Of a stretch of DNA of 64,000 nt, positions 39,356-51,718 are shown one piece after another. Under the pieces are notes generated by a model. The model saw only the letters and a program-made list of their open reading frames with translations, was not told the DNA's origin and made no database searches. The stretch spans positions 16,184,001-16,248,000 of the forward strand of contig CM119372.1 in the NCBI GenBank assembly GCA_051294905.1, given 5' to 3'. The stretch's first letter is position 1. Each line of letters begins with the position of its first letter. Position numbers and translations under genes: made by a program. This DNA comes from Botryllus schlosseri. Taxonomy: Eukaryota.

Positions 39356-41049
39356 CAGGGGTGGGCAAACTTTTTAGCTAGCGGGCCGCATTCAACATTT
39401 GAATCTATTCGCGGGCCGCACTACATAAAATTGGGTCACTACGCCAACATTCGATATTGCTATTTTATTATGTAGCAGGGTTCTTGAAGTATGGGTCGCG
39501 ATTAAAAAATGGGTCGCGAATGGTATCATTTTGGTCACGACGGCACCAGGGCAATCTTTTAATATGCATATGCAAAATTTGTTGAGGGTTCTGCACTAAC
39601 AAAATTTATTTGCGCGTGACGCGATTTAATGTCGTCAGTTTGTACATTTCCAAGGTTGTGTTGTTGGGTGCTATATTCAATAAGCGAGACACATAAAAAA
39701 GTCGGTACTACATAATGGCTTGACAACGAAAATGTGCCGACCTTTGTATTACACAAATTGATTTGAATACCCGTTAAGATTTGTCCGACATTGGTTTCTC
39801 TTGGAAAACACCGTCGGAAATCGTTGGGATGATTTGGTGCAGCGGTGTGAAACTTGTGGGTGCGGGAATATATGAGACACAGGTATTTCGTGGCCAACCC
39901 CTTCCGTGCACATGAAGACGGCAAGTTTTGGGCAATATATAACTCAGCCAAGCGCGGTGTCCAAATGATCAGACGGGATAAGATCCTCTCCAAAAATGGC
40001 CGTCGGCGGTTGTTAAAAATCTTCGATATTGATCTATCAGATCGTTGACATGGTCAGCACGCATAGTCCCGCGCTTGAAATCTGTGTGGACAATAGTTCA
40101 AATGCAGTAAAAATGTGACATGTTTCATAGAGCTGCATTGCATGCAACTGTTGTCTAGACGCGTTCTGTATGCTGTACATGTCCGTAAAAATGCAGCATT
40201 ATTTTTGATGTGTGAGGTATGGGTCGCGAGATGCCACTAAAACTCTGATTTGGGTCGCGTTCTAAAAAGTTTAAGAAATACTGCTGCATAGTGACCGACA
40301 ACATGGATATAAGATATACGTATTTGTATATTTTTGACAAACCGAGCATTGATTTGATGATAACGTACACGCGTCAGAAACATCGACGAGAATTTATAGG
40401 CTGGTCGTTCTCATTGTCAAAATTAGGTATGAAAGTAGGCTGTCCAGATTCTTAGAACTGGATGCAAATTTGTGTCTGTGAGCAGCGATCTGTTCATAGA
40501 TTTCCTGATTGTACTTTTGGTTTAAAGCAAGGACACAGAATGTTGACAGCATCATAACCACGTTAACTTGAAATACGCTAATACAATATATAAATAGTAC
40601 ATATATAAATTGGCTCCTTCCACACATAAAAAGAACAAATCTATCTAACACATCCGGGAATCGGTTTATTCAAGTACAGCACTAAAGATAAAATACTTAT
40701 GCTCGTGTTACAAATCTAAAATCACACTCGTAGTCCGGATTAAGTGATCAAAGTTTCGCCTTCTGTGGTGTTTAGCAATTGAAAGCTTCCATAATGCATG
40801 GGCCGCGAGGTCGGGCTATTGCGCAATCAATAAAATAAAAAATACTATGGTAAGAATATAACTTGTCATTATCATATATATACATATATGAAATATATTA
40901 GAAAAAAATTTAATCAAGTACCCACAGTAATTTTATTTTATAAGTCATTTTATCAATATTTTTACAGCGTTTCTCGAGGCTTTCGCGGGCCGCACAAAAC
41001 GGTGTTGCAGGCTGCATGCGGCCCGCGGGCCGTAGTTTGCCCACCACTG
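39356..41049 (+). mobile_element. Charlie-type element (GCGGGCCGC repeats), nested
   Basis: TIR CAGGGGTGGGCAAACT / AGTTTGCCCACCACTG; TSD AGATAGCC/AGATAGCT. Confidence 0.85.
39476..40283 (+). mobile_element. Charlie-type element (GGGTCGCG repeats), innermost
   Basis: Termini CAGGGTTCTTGAA / TTTAAGAAATACTG with GGGTCGCG repeats at both ends; TSD not clean. Confidence 0.55.
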
Positions 41050-41614
41050 AGATAGCTGCACCGACCTAACAGTAAAGTAGGGCTGTCAAACACTATTCCG
41101 GCAGGCCAGACACGGCACGCCAGACGATTTCATTCGGCCAGTGGAGAATCTTTTGTAGATCCTACCAAGTAGCAATCACCAGAGCTCACACGACAGGTGG
41201 CCCAATTCATGACCTATATTCCACTCAATTCCTGTATACCAGTGGTTCTCAACATTTTTTCACCCACGTACCATTTCGAGGTTTAATGCAGTGCTCGCGT
41301 ACCACCTACATAAGATAAGCGCGTCAAAGGCGGTCAAAATGTGTTCCACCGAATGTTTCCAAACTGAAAATCATGACCCCACCCGTACTAATACCTGCCC
41401 TCGGTCGAAAAAGAAAACTGAATCTACTCGCGTACCACCTGGAAGACCTTCGCGTACCACTGCTATATGCAGTCGATGGGCACTGGACAATGCTTTGCTA
41501 GTGTGACGTCATATTGACAGACAATGTGTTATACCTAATTTTTAAATCCGCTAGTGAGCGCTAATGCGTGTCCGGAATTTGCTTCACAAAAATATGGTAA
41601 CCCTAACCTAGTAT

Positions 41615-42055
41615 CCCAATCAAACGAGAAGCTTATAGCTGGTATCATTGATGGACCTCAGATTCGAATACAGATGAAATATTCCACTATGATATTTAGA
41701 AATGAGCTCACTGAATGGAATTCCTTTTAGGGCGTAGTAAATAAGACTTTTTAAAAGATCACAAAGCACCCAACTATAAACAGTTGGTCCGAAAATCGGT
41801 ATCTGCGTAGGGAAAATTTGGATAAAACATGAGCAATAAAGTTCACTTTCTGTTCAGTCAGCTTTATATATTTCCGGATCATCTTGGCGATTAGAGTGAA
41901 AAACAAGGGGAAAGATTCCACTAATACAGCAAAACAACAAAAGGAAGGTATTGGGGTAGTTGAGATGAACATATTATGGCAGACTGTTGCTGTAGCTTTT
42001 CGAGAGACTGCACCAAATTGCTTGAAAGTGAAAATCGTACAAGAAACAATTTTGT
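41615..42055 (+). pseudogene. Decayed Chapaev3-like transposase C-terminus
   Basis: EKLIAGIIDGPQIR..WNSF*GVV..HKAPNYKQLV..NMSNKVHFLFSQLYIFPDHLGD*SEKQGERFH*..GRYWGS*DEHIMADCC resembles the GPQIR / MS.K.HFLHSHLD.FP.NLG..S.EQGERFHQ / MADYCW motif series. Confidence 0.75.
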
Positions 42056-44564
42056 TTCAAAACAAATTGTTATTACTATATTGCAACTGATTATTTTAAA
42101 TCTACAAAAGCTGGTTGGCATAAAACTGATTGAAATAATGCAAAGATATTGATTATTTTGGTAGATAATCATATTTATGATTGTAGATTGACGTTCTTTT
42201 ATCCAGCCCATACAGCAAAAATATGAGATTTTAGTACAAATAGCCCCTTGGGTTATCTCCAAAACCAGAACTGATTTGAAAAAACTAGAGTCATATTCGG
42301 AATCAGTGACCTTCAGAACCCCCCAAACCACTCTTACTTTGTCTGCTTAAAGATATATGTTGACCAGTGTAATGTTTTCACACCTTTGCTTTTAATTAGA
42401 GACCACATCATATTCAAAGCACAGTGCGCCTTTCGTAACAAATAGCCTATACTCGCAACTTCGGCATGACTAATAGCGATAATGCATTTCCTTGAAATAG
42501 TGCTAATAATATACAGTAAGTGTCAGATTCCAGTCTATTATTATTACAATCAAAGAAATATCTTCGAAAACATACGACATTTGCATACAGTGTGAGACAT
42601 TCCAGAATAATATCGCCACACGTAAATTCCCACGCATTGTATCATGCAATTTGCGGTTCACTTCGCCTACAAGCTTATCGAAATTCGTTAACGTTTTATT
42701 ATTGCTTTCTTTGCGCTTACTTGGTAATTTCACGTTTTCCAGTTTCACAACGCCATTTTGTACAGAATCATAAGACCAATTAATATTTACTCTGGTAGGA
42801 TTATATGGCGACATCAAGACACGACCATACGGTATCAACAAGTAATTTAAAGACGGCATTGCCGTGATGTGTCAGTAAATTGACAAAGTCAAGTTAAAAT
42901 CTTCACCTAAAACCATGGATGCCCAGCTACTGTTCCACACAGTGACGTATCCGAGGATGTGTATTAGGGGTCGGAAACCCCCCCTTTTAAAATATAGACT
43001 CTAATATTCGCTAATTTGACCTTTCAACATTGTACTTTTTTGTATAGTAGGGCCAATATGGTGCCCTGATGTTATATGGGAGATCGAAAACCCCTTCAAA
43101 AATGATGGAATTATGCGCATAATGAGTCGACAGGAACAAAAAAGTCATTATATGTCGCTAATTTCGTGCGCATTCTACGCTGTTCAGTGTTCATTGTTCA
43201 CTGTTCAGCTACACTTCAGCTATGGCAGTTGCTGACTGTATCAACTTTCTTCCTCAATTTCTCTCTCGCCTTGCAAAAACGAGAGACGCATTTTATGAAA
43301 ATCTAATTGATCGAGGCGATATTCGTAATTCGTACACATGTGATTGCAAAAACGAAGTTGCGGGCAATCAACATGACTCGCTAATTCGCAGTGAAATCTT
43401 CAATAAGGATTGCGGGACACTTGTGTTGATTGATAAGAGAGAAGCAGACATGGCGGCGCCAGTATGACAATGCTGTTCTCAAATCCACTGGAGGCGAGAA
43501 TTGTACTGGTTATTTTCCCTATGATTTTTCACGAGTCTGCGCAAACACACCAGATCACTGAGCAGTCGCTTGGACAACAGTGCGTAACAAGGCACATGAT
43601 TTCTTGACTGAGTAAAATACAGCATTTACATTTTCATTTTAATACACGACAATAGATAATAATCATATTATGAGCGAAGAAGGGGAACTGCGCTCTAAAA
43701 TTGTAGTGGTCTCAAATTGAAGTTGGACTATTGAAGCCATTTTCTTCAGAAAGCCACCATAATCGAGCTGCAGCTAAAAGAGTTTCAAATCATGCACCAT
43801 TACACTCGTACGACTCTGTGGTGTCGCAAAGGGCTAAGAAGAAATGACATGCGATGATGATGAAACTCGACATCATAGATATTGCACGTGTCCTATGGTG
43901 CATATTTAGAAAATCCTTTCAGGTGCAGTTCGAATACGGTGCCATTTTGAAGAACATGACTGCTGCCTAAAATGTGTCACATTGTTGCATGTTGTTTTTT
44001 ATTGACGTGCCAACAAGATTGTCGGTATAGTGGGAGGATATTGGAATCGCTCAGACGTACCAGAAACAAATTTCTTTCGTGAACAGCACAAGATTGAAAG
44101 TTGGCATTTCATATATAGCATGGGTGGGCAAACTGCGGCTAGCTTTTGATTGCCATTCTTAAATGATTGCACTGCACATGCGTTTCGCCATTTTGTTAAA
44201 TAAATTTAACCTGATTATATTCTGATGCATTCTATCGCGTGTAAACGATGTGCGCATTGCTTTTGTGTTGTTTCTTTCCTCAAGTAAGTAGAAGTGGAGG
44301 TGCACTGCTATACAGGGATAGAATTTTGCAATAAAACACTCGAATCGAGTTCACATAAACATTTCGACGGCAATAATGGTGAATGACCATTGGTTATCAA
44401 TCAATGATAAGTCGTTGTCTTCAACATTGAACTTGATAATTCATCACGGCAGCGCAGGCCACAAATTTTCCGGCTAACAATGGTGAATACGGCTCCTCCA
44501 TTTGTAATATGATGTTTAGCGATAAGTGCAGAGTTTAAGCAAGAAAATGTCGTTGACCGATAAT

Positions 44565-44815
44565 TGCAAGAAGAGAAAGTATGAACAGGAAAATATAACT
44601 TTAAAAGGAGAATGGTAGGAAAAGTTTGCCTTCATTGCCTAATCTGCCACGATTCGCTCAATAATTACAAAGCTAGTAACTTGAAACGTCACTACGAAAC
44701 CAAAGACCAAAACTTTACCACGAGTTACCCAACGAAGACGGATTTACGGAGTAATAAGATTACTGAGATGGAGTCTTCGTTAAATGCTCACCAGCACTTA
44801 AAAGAACTGCTTTGC
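44565..44815 (+). pseudogene. Decayed Charlie/SPIN (GTF2IRD2/EPM2AIP1-like) transposase N-terminus
   Basis: KKRKYEQEN..FAF/CLICHDSLNNYKASNLKRHYETK..YP....RSNKITEMESSL matches the CLIC..K..NLKRHYETKH zinc-finger region of Buster/Charlie transposases. Confidence 0.8.
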
Positions 44816-45779
44816 ACTGCTTCGCACTGATTTGAGGTCATACCAGCCCAATATAAAACACGTTGCAGCCCAGGTTGAGACGCACCGTATCACCACATAT
44901 TAAGCTTCATTCGATAGCCTATATTTCATTGTGACGTTATAAATATTGCGCCCATGAATAAATGCAAATTGGGAATCGTGCGCATCTCACCAAAGATCAA
45001 ATTTCTCTTTTAATTGGTTGTGATACGTGTGAGCGATCTTTTGACGACAGCATTTACGGAGGTTACGAAAAAACAGCATGCTTCAACCAAGTAATTACAA
45101 GTAGCCCGTTCGACGCTCCCCCCTCAGAAAGTCATGAATTGTCGTACCTTGTGGTATGAACATAATACCTCGAGATGAAAAATTGCGGGCCTTCTAAATA
45201 TTTGTGGTCCCTCCAGGAGCACCCCAAATTTTGGGATGAGCTCGCGCTTGGCGCGATTTTATGTCGCACTACGTGCATGACTTGATTTTGTTATGAGTAC
45301 CCAATCTTCCTGAAAAAATTAATTTAGTTGAATATAAAGAACTAAGCATTACGGCGTAATTGATATATATATATGTCCGATTGTGAGTTGCTCATATACG
45401 TGCCTAAATGGTCGGCACCGATTAGTCCTGTCTGGTCAATCTGAGAAAATGCCGCACCCCGTGATGAAATGTCAACTTGGAACTGTGTGTGTGTCACGAA
45501 AGAGGTTCTTCCTTTTGTTTAGTCTGATACATTTGTGTGATTCAAATATCTTTTAACCCTATATCAGCTGGGAGGTCACGAAATAACAACATGCTACAGA
45601 AAAATTAATAACAACGACCTCACCCACGTAGATCTATAAATAATCATAAATAATCCCTTAGCTCTACCGGTAAACTTGATCACGTGGGCAACTGTATGAT
45701 ATGCAATTACTAATATTTTATTATTGACAAAATTCAGTCATGAATAAGGATATTTATTTTACTGGCTACGCCCTTGTAT

Positions 45780-46086
45780 AAGGCGCATCATTTTCCTCTG
45801 CTGTTTGCACCTGTTGATCTTGTTTTCGTTGATGTTTTTTTTTCCATATTAATGGTGTTTCGACTACATCGGTCATTTCACACCAGGCCGACATTGTTCA
45901 TTATCATTCCGTATTTACCGACTTGTAGCACGGCCCACTTCTAGGCATTTTAAGGCACCGCTTACGCGGATCATATGGAGAGGAGGAGCCTGAATAGACC
46001 TTCAACACTTAGGTGAGAATTCTGAAGTTGACCTCGGTTGGAGTCGAACCAGCATCTGTGAAACGTGTCTCTACGCTATCTCGCCA
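45780..46086 (-). mobile_element. tRNA-derived SINE-like repeat, copy 2
   Basis: Minus strand GGCGAGATAGCGTAG ... GGTTCGACTCC (B box, 46040-46050). The body matches a headless copy at about 26110-26270 (GACTTGTAGCACG.CCCACTT). Confidence 0.6.
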
Positions 46087-46856
46087 CCATCCGCATGTCC
46101 GCAGTGCGTCCGCATGTCAGACTCATATTGCAAAGGGCGCTACTATACTAAAATCTAAAAATAGAGTCGCATTGAATTGCGCATAACGCGAAGAAAATTC
46201 CAAGATCATTAAAAATCGAGAGTCAATTCGTAAATTTAATTTGTAGGTCGACGGAAAACAACACATACTAATTGAATCACGTGTCATCGGCCTCACAAAT
46301 TTTTTTCTACGGCCGCAGGTTGACCACCCCGGTGTAGGCCTACTGCGTTAAAACACTGATGTGACATCCTAATACTGGCAATTCACTCATTACTATCAAG
46401 ACGTACTATAGATAACCGAACTACAGATAGATGCGCAACACGTGATTAACGGTTGAGTACCGCGAGCAGCTGTCACTCCAAAGCATCCAAGCGGCTGGTT
46501 GTCGGCCAGATTGAATGTTAAAAATACAGTTGTTTTTGGTTTGGAATGGACTCAGGGCATTGAGAACAGGTTATTTGGTGGTATATAGTACATCTAACAA
46601 TTGGCGCGGCAAGATATCCCTGGTACAGTCGATAAGAATATTGTACGATATTGCACGTCCGGTCAACTTGTTCTGAAGCATAAACTTCCCTATTTATTGT
46701 GATAGCGTGTCATAGGTCCATTGTAATGCAGATCAGGTACACCCCAGCACACCCCGTACTAGTGATACACCCTTTACAAATTGCGATGCACTCTACAGTG
46801 TACGATACACCCGGTTGAAGAGCACTGCTCTAGATCAGTGATCGGCAACCTGTGGT

Positions 46857-47293
46857 CAGTGCGGAGCATGGACCGGAGCCGGATTGGATATCCGACCGGA
46901 ATTTTTCAATTTTAGCCGGACCGGATCGGAGCCGGATCAGTAATTTTTCTGATACGGCCGCAGCCGGATCAGTACTTTTTTGATAAGGCCAGAATCTTTA
47001 TGGATAAGCATGACGTTTGTAACTAAATAACTAAGTACCAACCAACCAACCAACCAACCGCACGCAAGTAACCGCCAAGTCAATGCGAAAATAAACGAGC
47101 CATATTTATAAATTCACGGAACCACAGTAGCTTACTGCGTTGGGCCGGAGTTCCGGCAGGACTTTTTAATTGTTGGCAGTAGCCGGATCGGAGCCGGATC
47201 AGTACTTTTTCCTGATACGGCCGGAGCCGGACCAGAGAATTGGAACACCGGATCGGAGTCGGACCAAAGAATTTGTCGATCCGCTCCGCACTA
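46857..47293 (+). mobile_element. MITE with CCGGATCGGAGCCGG subterminal repeats
   Basis: TIR CAGTGCGGAGC / GCTCCGCACTA; dense CCGGA repeats; no matching TSD seen. Confidence 0.7.
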
Positions 47294-47499
47294 GCCGGTA
47301 CCGGTCCGTAAGGCGTTCGTTACTCGTTCTCGAAAAGTGATTCTACAGCTTACTTTTATAACTTAAGTGAATGTTTGTAATCATGATCACTGAGAAACAT
47401 TTCAAAAAGTGCAAGCTCTCTTTAATCGACACAGTGGCAGTGGAGTATAGGCAAAGTATACTTTGTCCGTCCAAACACTCCGCTTACCGGAATTCAATA

Positions 47500-47800
47500 A
47501 CTATATCCTTTTGAATCCAACGTAGTCTAATGATGGTGGCATGAAAGCTATCCTCAATACCACGACTCTACCAATGTTTTGACGGAAAAACTTATTGGAA
47601 CACCCTGATCTTGCCCCAAAAAGCATTATAAACCTTGCTCTATTTGCGTCATCATACTGTATATACTGTAATGGCAGTAACAAAGACGAAACAGACAAAC
47701 AAATGGTACGTGAAAGATACATTGCTGCTGTCAATAAATCCTATAATTCGTTCAGAGGGGAGCGTCTCGTCGAGAAAAAAAAAGCAAGCTCAAGGCTTAG
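47500..47800 (+). pseudogene. Decayed Buster/ZBED5-like transposase C-terminus
   Basis: TTTLPMF*..LLEHPDLA..SSY..MAVTKTKQTNK..KQAQG, read across frameshifts, resembles FW...EYP.L...F.STYLCE.GFS.M...KTK.RN.L...KQAQ.SH. Confidence 0.6.
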
Positions 47801-48708
47801 TTTGAAAAACGCCCATATAGTCTTATATTGTATGTGTTGCAATTTATTTTCAATGTCAAATATATGTGTATTTGATCACCAATCCATGGGAAAATTTGCA
47901 TTTCTAAAGTAATGCGCAGAGTAAAAAAGGACGCCGACCCCTGCCCCTGCTATCAAACAAATATCGGTAGAAGGAAATCTTACACAAACGCTCAAATTTT
48001 CATGTTGACTAAGGTTACCACATTTTGAGATCTGGAAAAAAGAACACTGTTCTACAAATCACAAGATTTATAATGGTGGTCTCAAACTTTTTGGGACACG
48101 CCCCCCTTGATGAGAAAGAAAAGTTTCGTGCCTTCCTTATCGCCATATCAAAAAAAAACAATTAAAAGTCCAACCAGAATGATTGCAATCCCAATGCATA
48201 GTTTGATGACAAAGAAGGTTATCACTGCTTAGAGACGTCTCAAATATTAAATCTGGACTATGCACAGGACAAGAATTATGAGATATAAGCAAATCGCGCG
48301 AACCGCCAATCCTTTGTCAAAAATGATCATATGCAATGGTAACACGTAGCATATACATATTTTATCGATTTTTTAGGTGAGTCCCTTCTATTTCTTGACC
48401 AGGGTTTGGTTGAATTAAACTTGGCACTTCTTAACGGGACAAACGACCAATCTATCAGTTCGGGTCGCAGATCTTCGGCAAGAGAATCGTTCAATTAATT
48501 ACTTTTGGGCTGTCATAAAATGTGCTTCTTGATTGAAATTGTACAAAATGTGTCCTACTCTACTAACTCGGAAGGGCTACTTCGACTCTTAGCCGCTTCG
48601 ATTTAAATCCCTGTTCGGTTGATTGAAAAGGCATATTATACAACATGGCATGTGACATGACATTGTAAACAAATATCTCATTTCTCCATAACTTTGTATT
48701 TTCTAATC

Positions 48709-49010
48709 CAGTCGTTCTCTCAAACTTTTTTAGACACGCCACTTTTTATGATAGTGAAAAATCCCCCCCCCCCTCCCCCCCTTATCGTGAGATCACAAAA
48801 TATCAAAGATAGCAATCAGAATGCTAGCAATCCCAACCGATAGTTTGGTGGCATTGAAGGATATGGCTTAAATGGAATTGAAGGTTATGACTCAAATATG
48901 AAATTCGGACAATAGACAGAGCAATAACCATGTGGTGAAGGTTAATCGTTCCGAGCGCGAGAAAATTTTCTGTTGACTGCAGCCTCGCACCCCCAGCTTG
49001 AGAACCACTG
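48709..49010 (+). mobile_element. Charlie-type MITE, 302 bp
   Basis: Termini CAGTCGTTCTCTCAA / TTGAGAACCACTG; TSD TTCTAATC/TTCTCATC. A related left end lies at about 48072. Confidence 0.7.
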
Positions 49011-49353
49011 TTCTCATCACTTTGCACGAATGCTTGACAGACAGACAGGCCATAAATCATTCGCTAACACCTACAGTACACGCATTCACCAGAAAATCCT
49101 AATTCAGATACATCTTCTGATCGGCGCAAGGTCCAATATCAGTCACAAACTAGCACCAGTGTTTTTTAAAGTAGGACGCAATATGACATTTTGGGTATGA
49201 TCAGGATTATTACCGTTATTTGAGCTTTCACGTCACTTTCAGCCCAATTCAAACTCATTAAGAGTACATAAACTTTATTCCTCTCAGGTGACATCGCACC
49301 CCTTTGCGATGCTTTCACGCCCCCCTCCCATTTTGAGAGCCACTGATCTAGGA

Positions 49354-50503
49354 CAGTGGTTCTCAACCTTTTTCCTGCAGCGCCTCTTATCGAAAATTTT
49401 CTAGGTCTGCCCTAGGTCCCATATTGTAGGGACGATAGTAAAACAAGAGGTATGAGAGCGAGGTGCGGTCGGTCTTTTCGGGTTAGGACTTCTCTATTAG
49501 AAATAGCTTGAATCGCGCCCGAGGACGACACCACTAATTAATGCTACAATCATTGTATGTGCTATATTCGGGATCAAATCGAGGTTGTTATAACAACCAT
49601 CGGGTACAGGCTAATATCATCTGGTTTAAGACCGGTGTAAACATTGCGAATCCACCTCTGCGACTGGCAATACGGGGACTTTAATTGTTTTGGATTTTGG
49701 TTTATTGCTTTCTGTGACTAGTGAATCAACTGAGATAGAGATAGAGATCTTTGCTCACATTGAATTTAGCACTGCACCTAGTTACAAACTATAACATTAA
49801 TGAATTCCAAACAAAGCAGGCCATATTATTTAACGTTCGTGTGAGGTTGAGGGTCACAACACTAAACAGTATCATCTTCTACGATACGATGCAGCAATAT
49901 TCTAAAGATTTAATTTTGTAGCTCTCAAATACAAATATATTTAGTTAATCATTTCGACCAAAAAGCTTCAAAGCATCTTGTACAAAGGGCTCTCACTGTC
50001 AAAAGTGTTACAGTACCGCTTTCTTCGATTTCGACACGCTGGGTGGTGCGGGTTAAGATACCTAGTTCGAAGCATTTAGTGGAAAATAATCCGAGCTAGC
50101 GTGAATGAAGCATTTTAACGCGGAATTAATTTTATATGAATTGTAATAAACCACTGCATTTATGGAAGCTTGTTGCAAACACTGTCGGCATACATTTCGG
50201 GCGCAGCGCTACGAAAAATTCCGAGATTTGACTGATTTTGTCGAATATTAATTTGCAATGAGAACTCAGGGATATATGGAACTATACTATTGTTCTACTA
50301 TATAATCATACGTCGCGAGTGCGCCCTCCACTGTGACGCCATTTTTCTTCAGCGCCCCCCATACCGCCCCTTTGGACCAAGCGCCCCCATGTCGCCCCAT
50401 GTCGGCCCCATGTCGCCCCCATGTCGACCTCATGAGCGTTTCTGTCCCCTTCAAAATCTAAATCACCCCTTGGGGGCGCTGGCGACCAGGTTAAGAAACA
50501 CTT
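49354..50503 (-). mobile_element. Charlie-type element, inverted homologue of the outer parts of 5839-10160
   Basis: Termini CAGTGGTTCTCAACC / GGTTAAGAAACACTT; colinear reverse-complement similarity to 5839-6800 and about 10010-10160. Confidence 0.75.
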
Positions 50504-51451
50504 CTCTAGAGTGTACGATACACCCGGTTAAAGAGCACTGTACTAACCCATAGAAGTTCCAAGTTATCACTAACGTTGTGACATGGACGGGACTGTTAGG
50601 GCGACTATAGATGGACTACATAGGCCTACAACGAGATTGCCTTAGAATATCGTATGAGCAATGTTTATACATACCATTGGAAACATTAGCTGAAGCGTAA
50701 AGGCTTTCTGTACAGGCGATTTATTTTTTACTTCGATTCTCATTTCTATCTCTGCCTTATTTGTAAATCCATTTTGTGTATGTGTGTGTGTGTGTCTTTA
50801 TCATAGCCTAGCCTTCTACGGTAAAATTAATTTAAGTTAACCCATATAATAAAAATTTGGTAAAATGAATATTGAGATGACAACACTATATGCATTGTGC
50901 AACGACTTTGAAATGGTGAAATGTATTCTAAAATACATAATAAGAACAAAACGGCATGTGCACCCAGAAAACGAAAGCAACAGCGACGTATCCCACCAAT
51001 CCCTCTGAAAACGATCATGTCATGGAGATAGTGACGTCCTCAGCGCTAAGCATATGTGTCTGTAGTACAATTGCCCGCAACAGACTTTCTGGACCACTTA
51101 GAATTTTGAAACTATTCAAGGACCCGCTGTTCAAGCATCCACAGTAGACAGAATCCTCCTTTGTGCGGTTACCATTGGGGAGTGAATGAAATTTGAGAAC
51201 AGCGCGTATGACATGTGAATCCGGGAAATACCACACTACAGTTTTGTTGATATCCGGGTAATTTAAAATTAAGTTTGGCACTTTTCCGATGTCCGCTACA
51301 AATTAAGATGATCAATGATCACCGATCAGTCGTGTTCTTCATGACTCGCGTCGCTGACTCTGATTTGTGTTTTCTTGAAACCCATATTGGTTCTCCTTTG
51401 AACGTGGCTGAATCGGCGTTTTGTGCTTTCGGCCTCCCTCCCTCCCCCCTC

Positions 51452-51618
51452 CTCTCTCTCTATCTCTCTATCTCTCTATCTCTCTATCTCTCTATCTCTC
51501 TATCTCTCTATCTCTCTATCTCTCTATCTCTCTATCTCTCTATCTCTCTATCTCTCTATCTCTCTATCTCTCTATCTCTCTATCTCTCTATCTCTCTATC
51601 TCTCTATCTCTCTATCTC
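51452..51618 (+). repeat. (CTCTCTAT)n microsatellite running into an assembly gap
   Basis: Perfect tandem octamer abutting the N run. Confidence 0.97.
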
Positions 51619-51718
51619 NNNNNNNNNNNNNNNNNNNNNNNNNNNNNNNNNNNNNNNNNNNNNNNNNNNNNNNNNNNNNNNNNNNNNNNNNNNNNNNNNN
51701 NNNNNNNNNNNNNNNNNN
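51619..51718. other. Assembly gap (100 N)
   Basis: Run of exactly 100 N; the true length is unknown. Confidence 0.99.

Larger units (their letters stand above)
38580..41605 (+). mobile_element. Blackjack-type hAT (GTCCGGAATTT repeats) with nested elements
   Basis: TIR TAGGGTTGCCATA / TATGGTAACCCTA; perfect TSD ACCTAGTA (38572-38579, 41606-41613). Confidence 0.88.
38339..42369 (+). mobile_element. Chapaev3-like (CMC) transposon remnant interrupted by a Blackjack-type hAT
   Basis: Right end ..GTTGACCAGTG followed by TAA. Subterminal AAACTAGAGTC is mirrored by GACTCTAGTTT at about 38339. Transposase motifs lie on both sides of the insertion (PQLFTQ..DDLMRDLYLSK upstream). The left terminus was not found. 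Confidence 0.65.
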
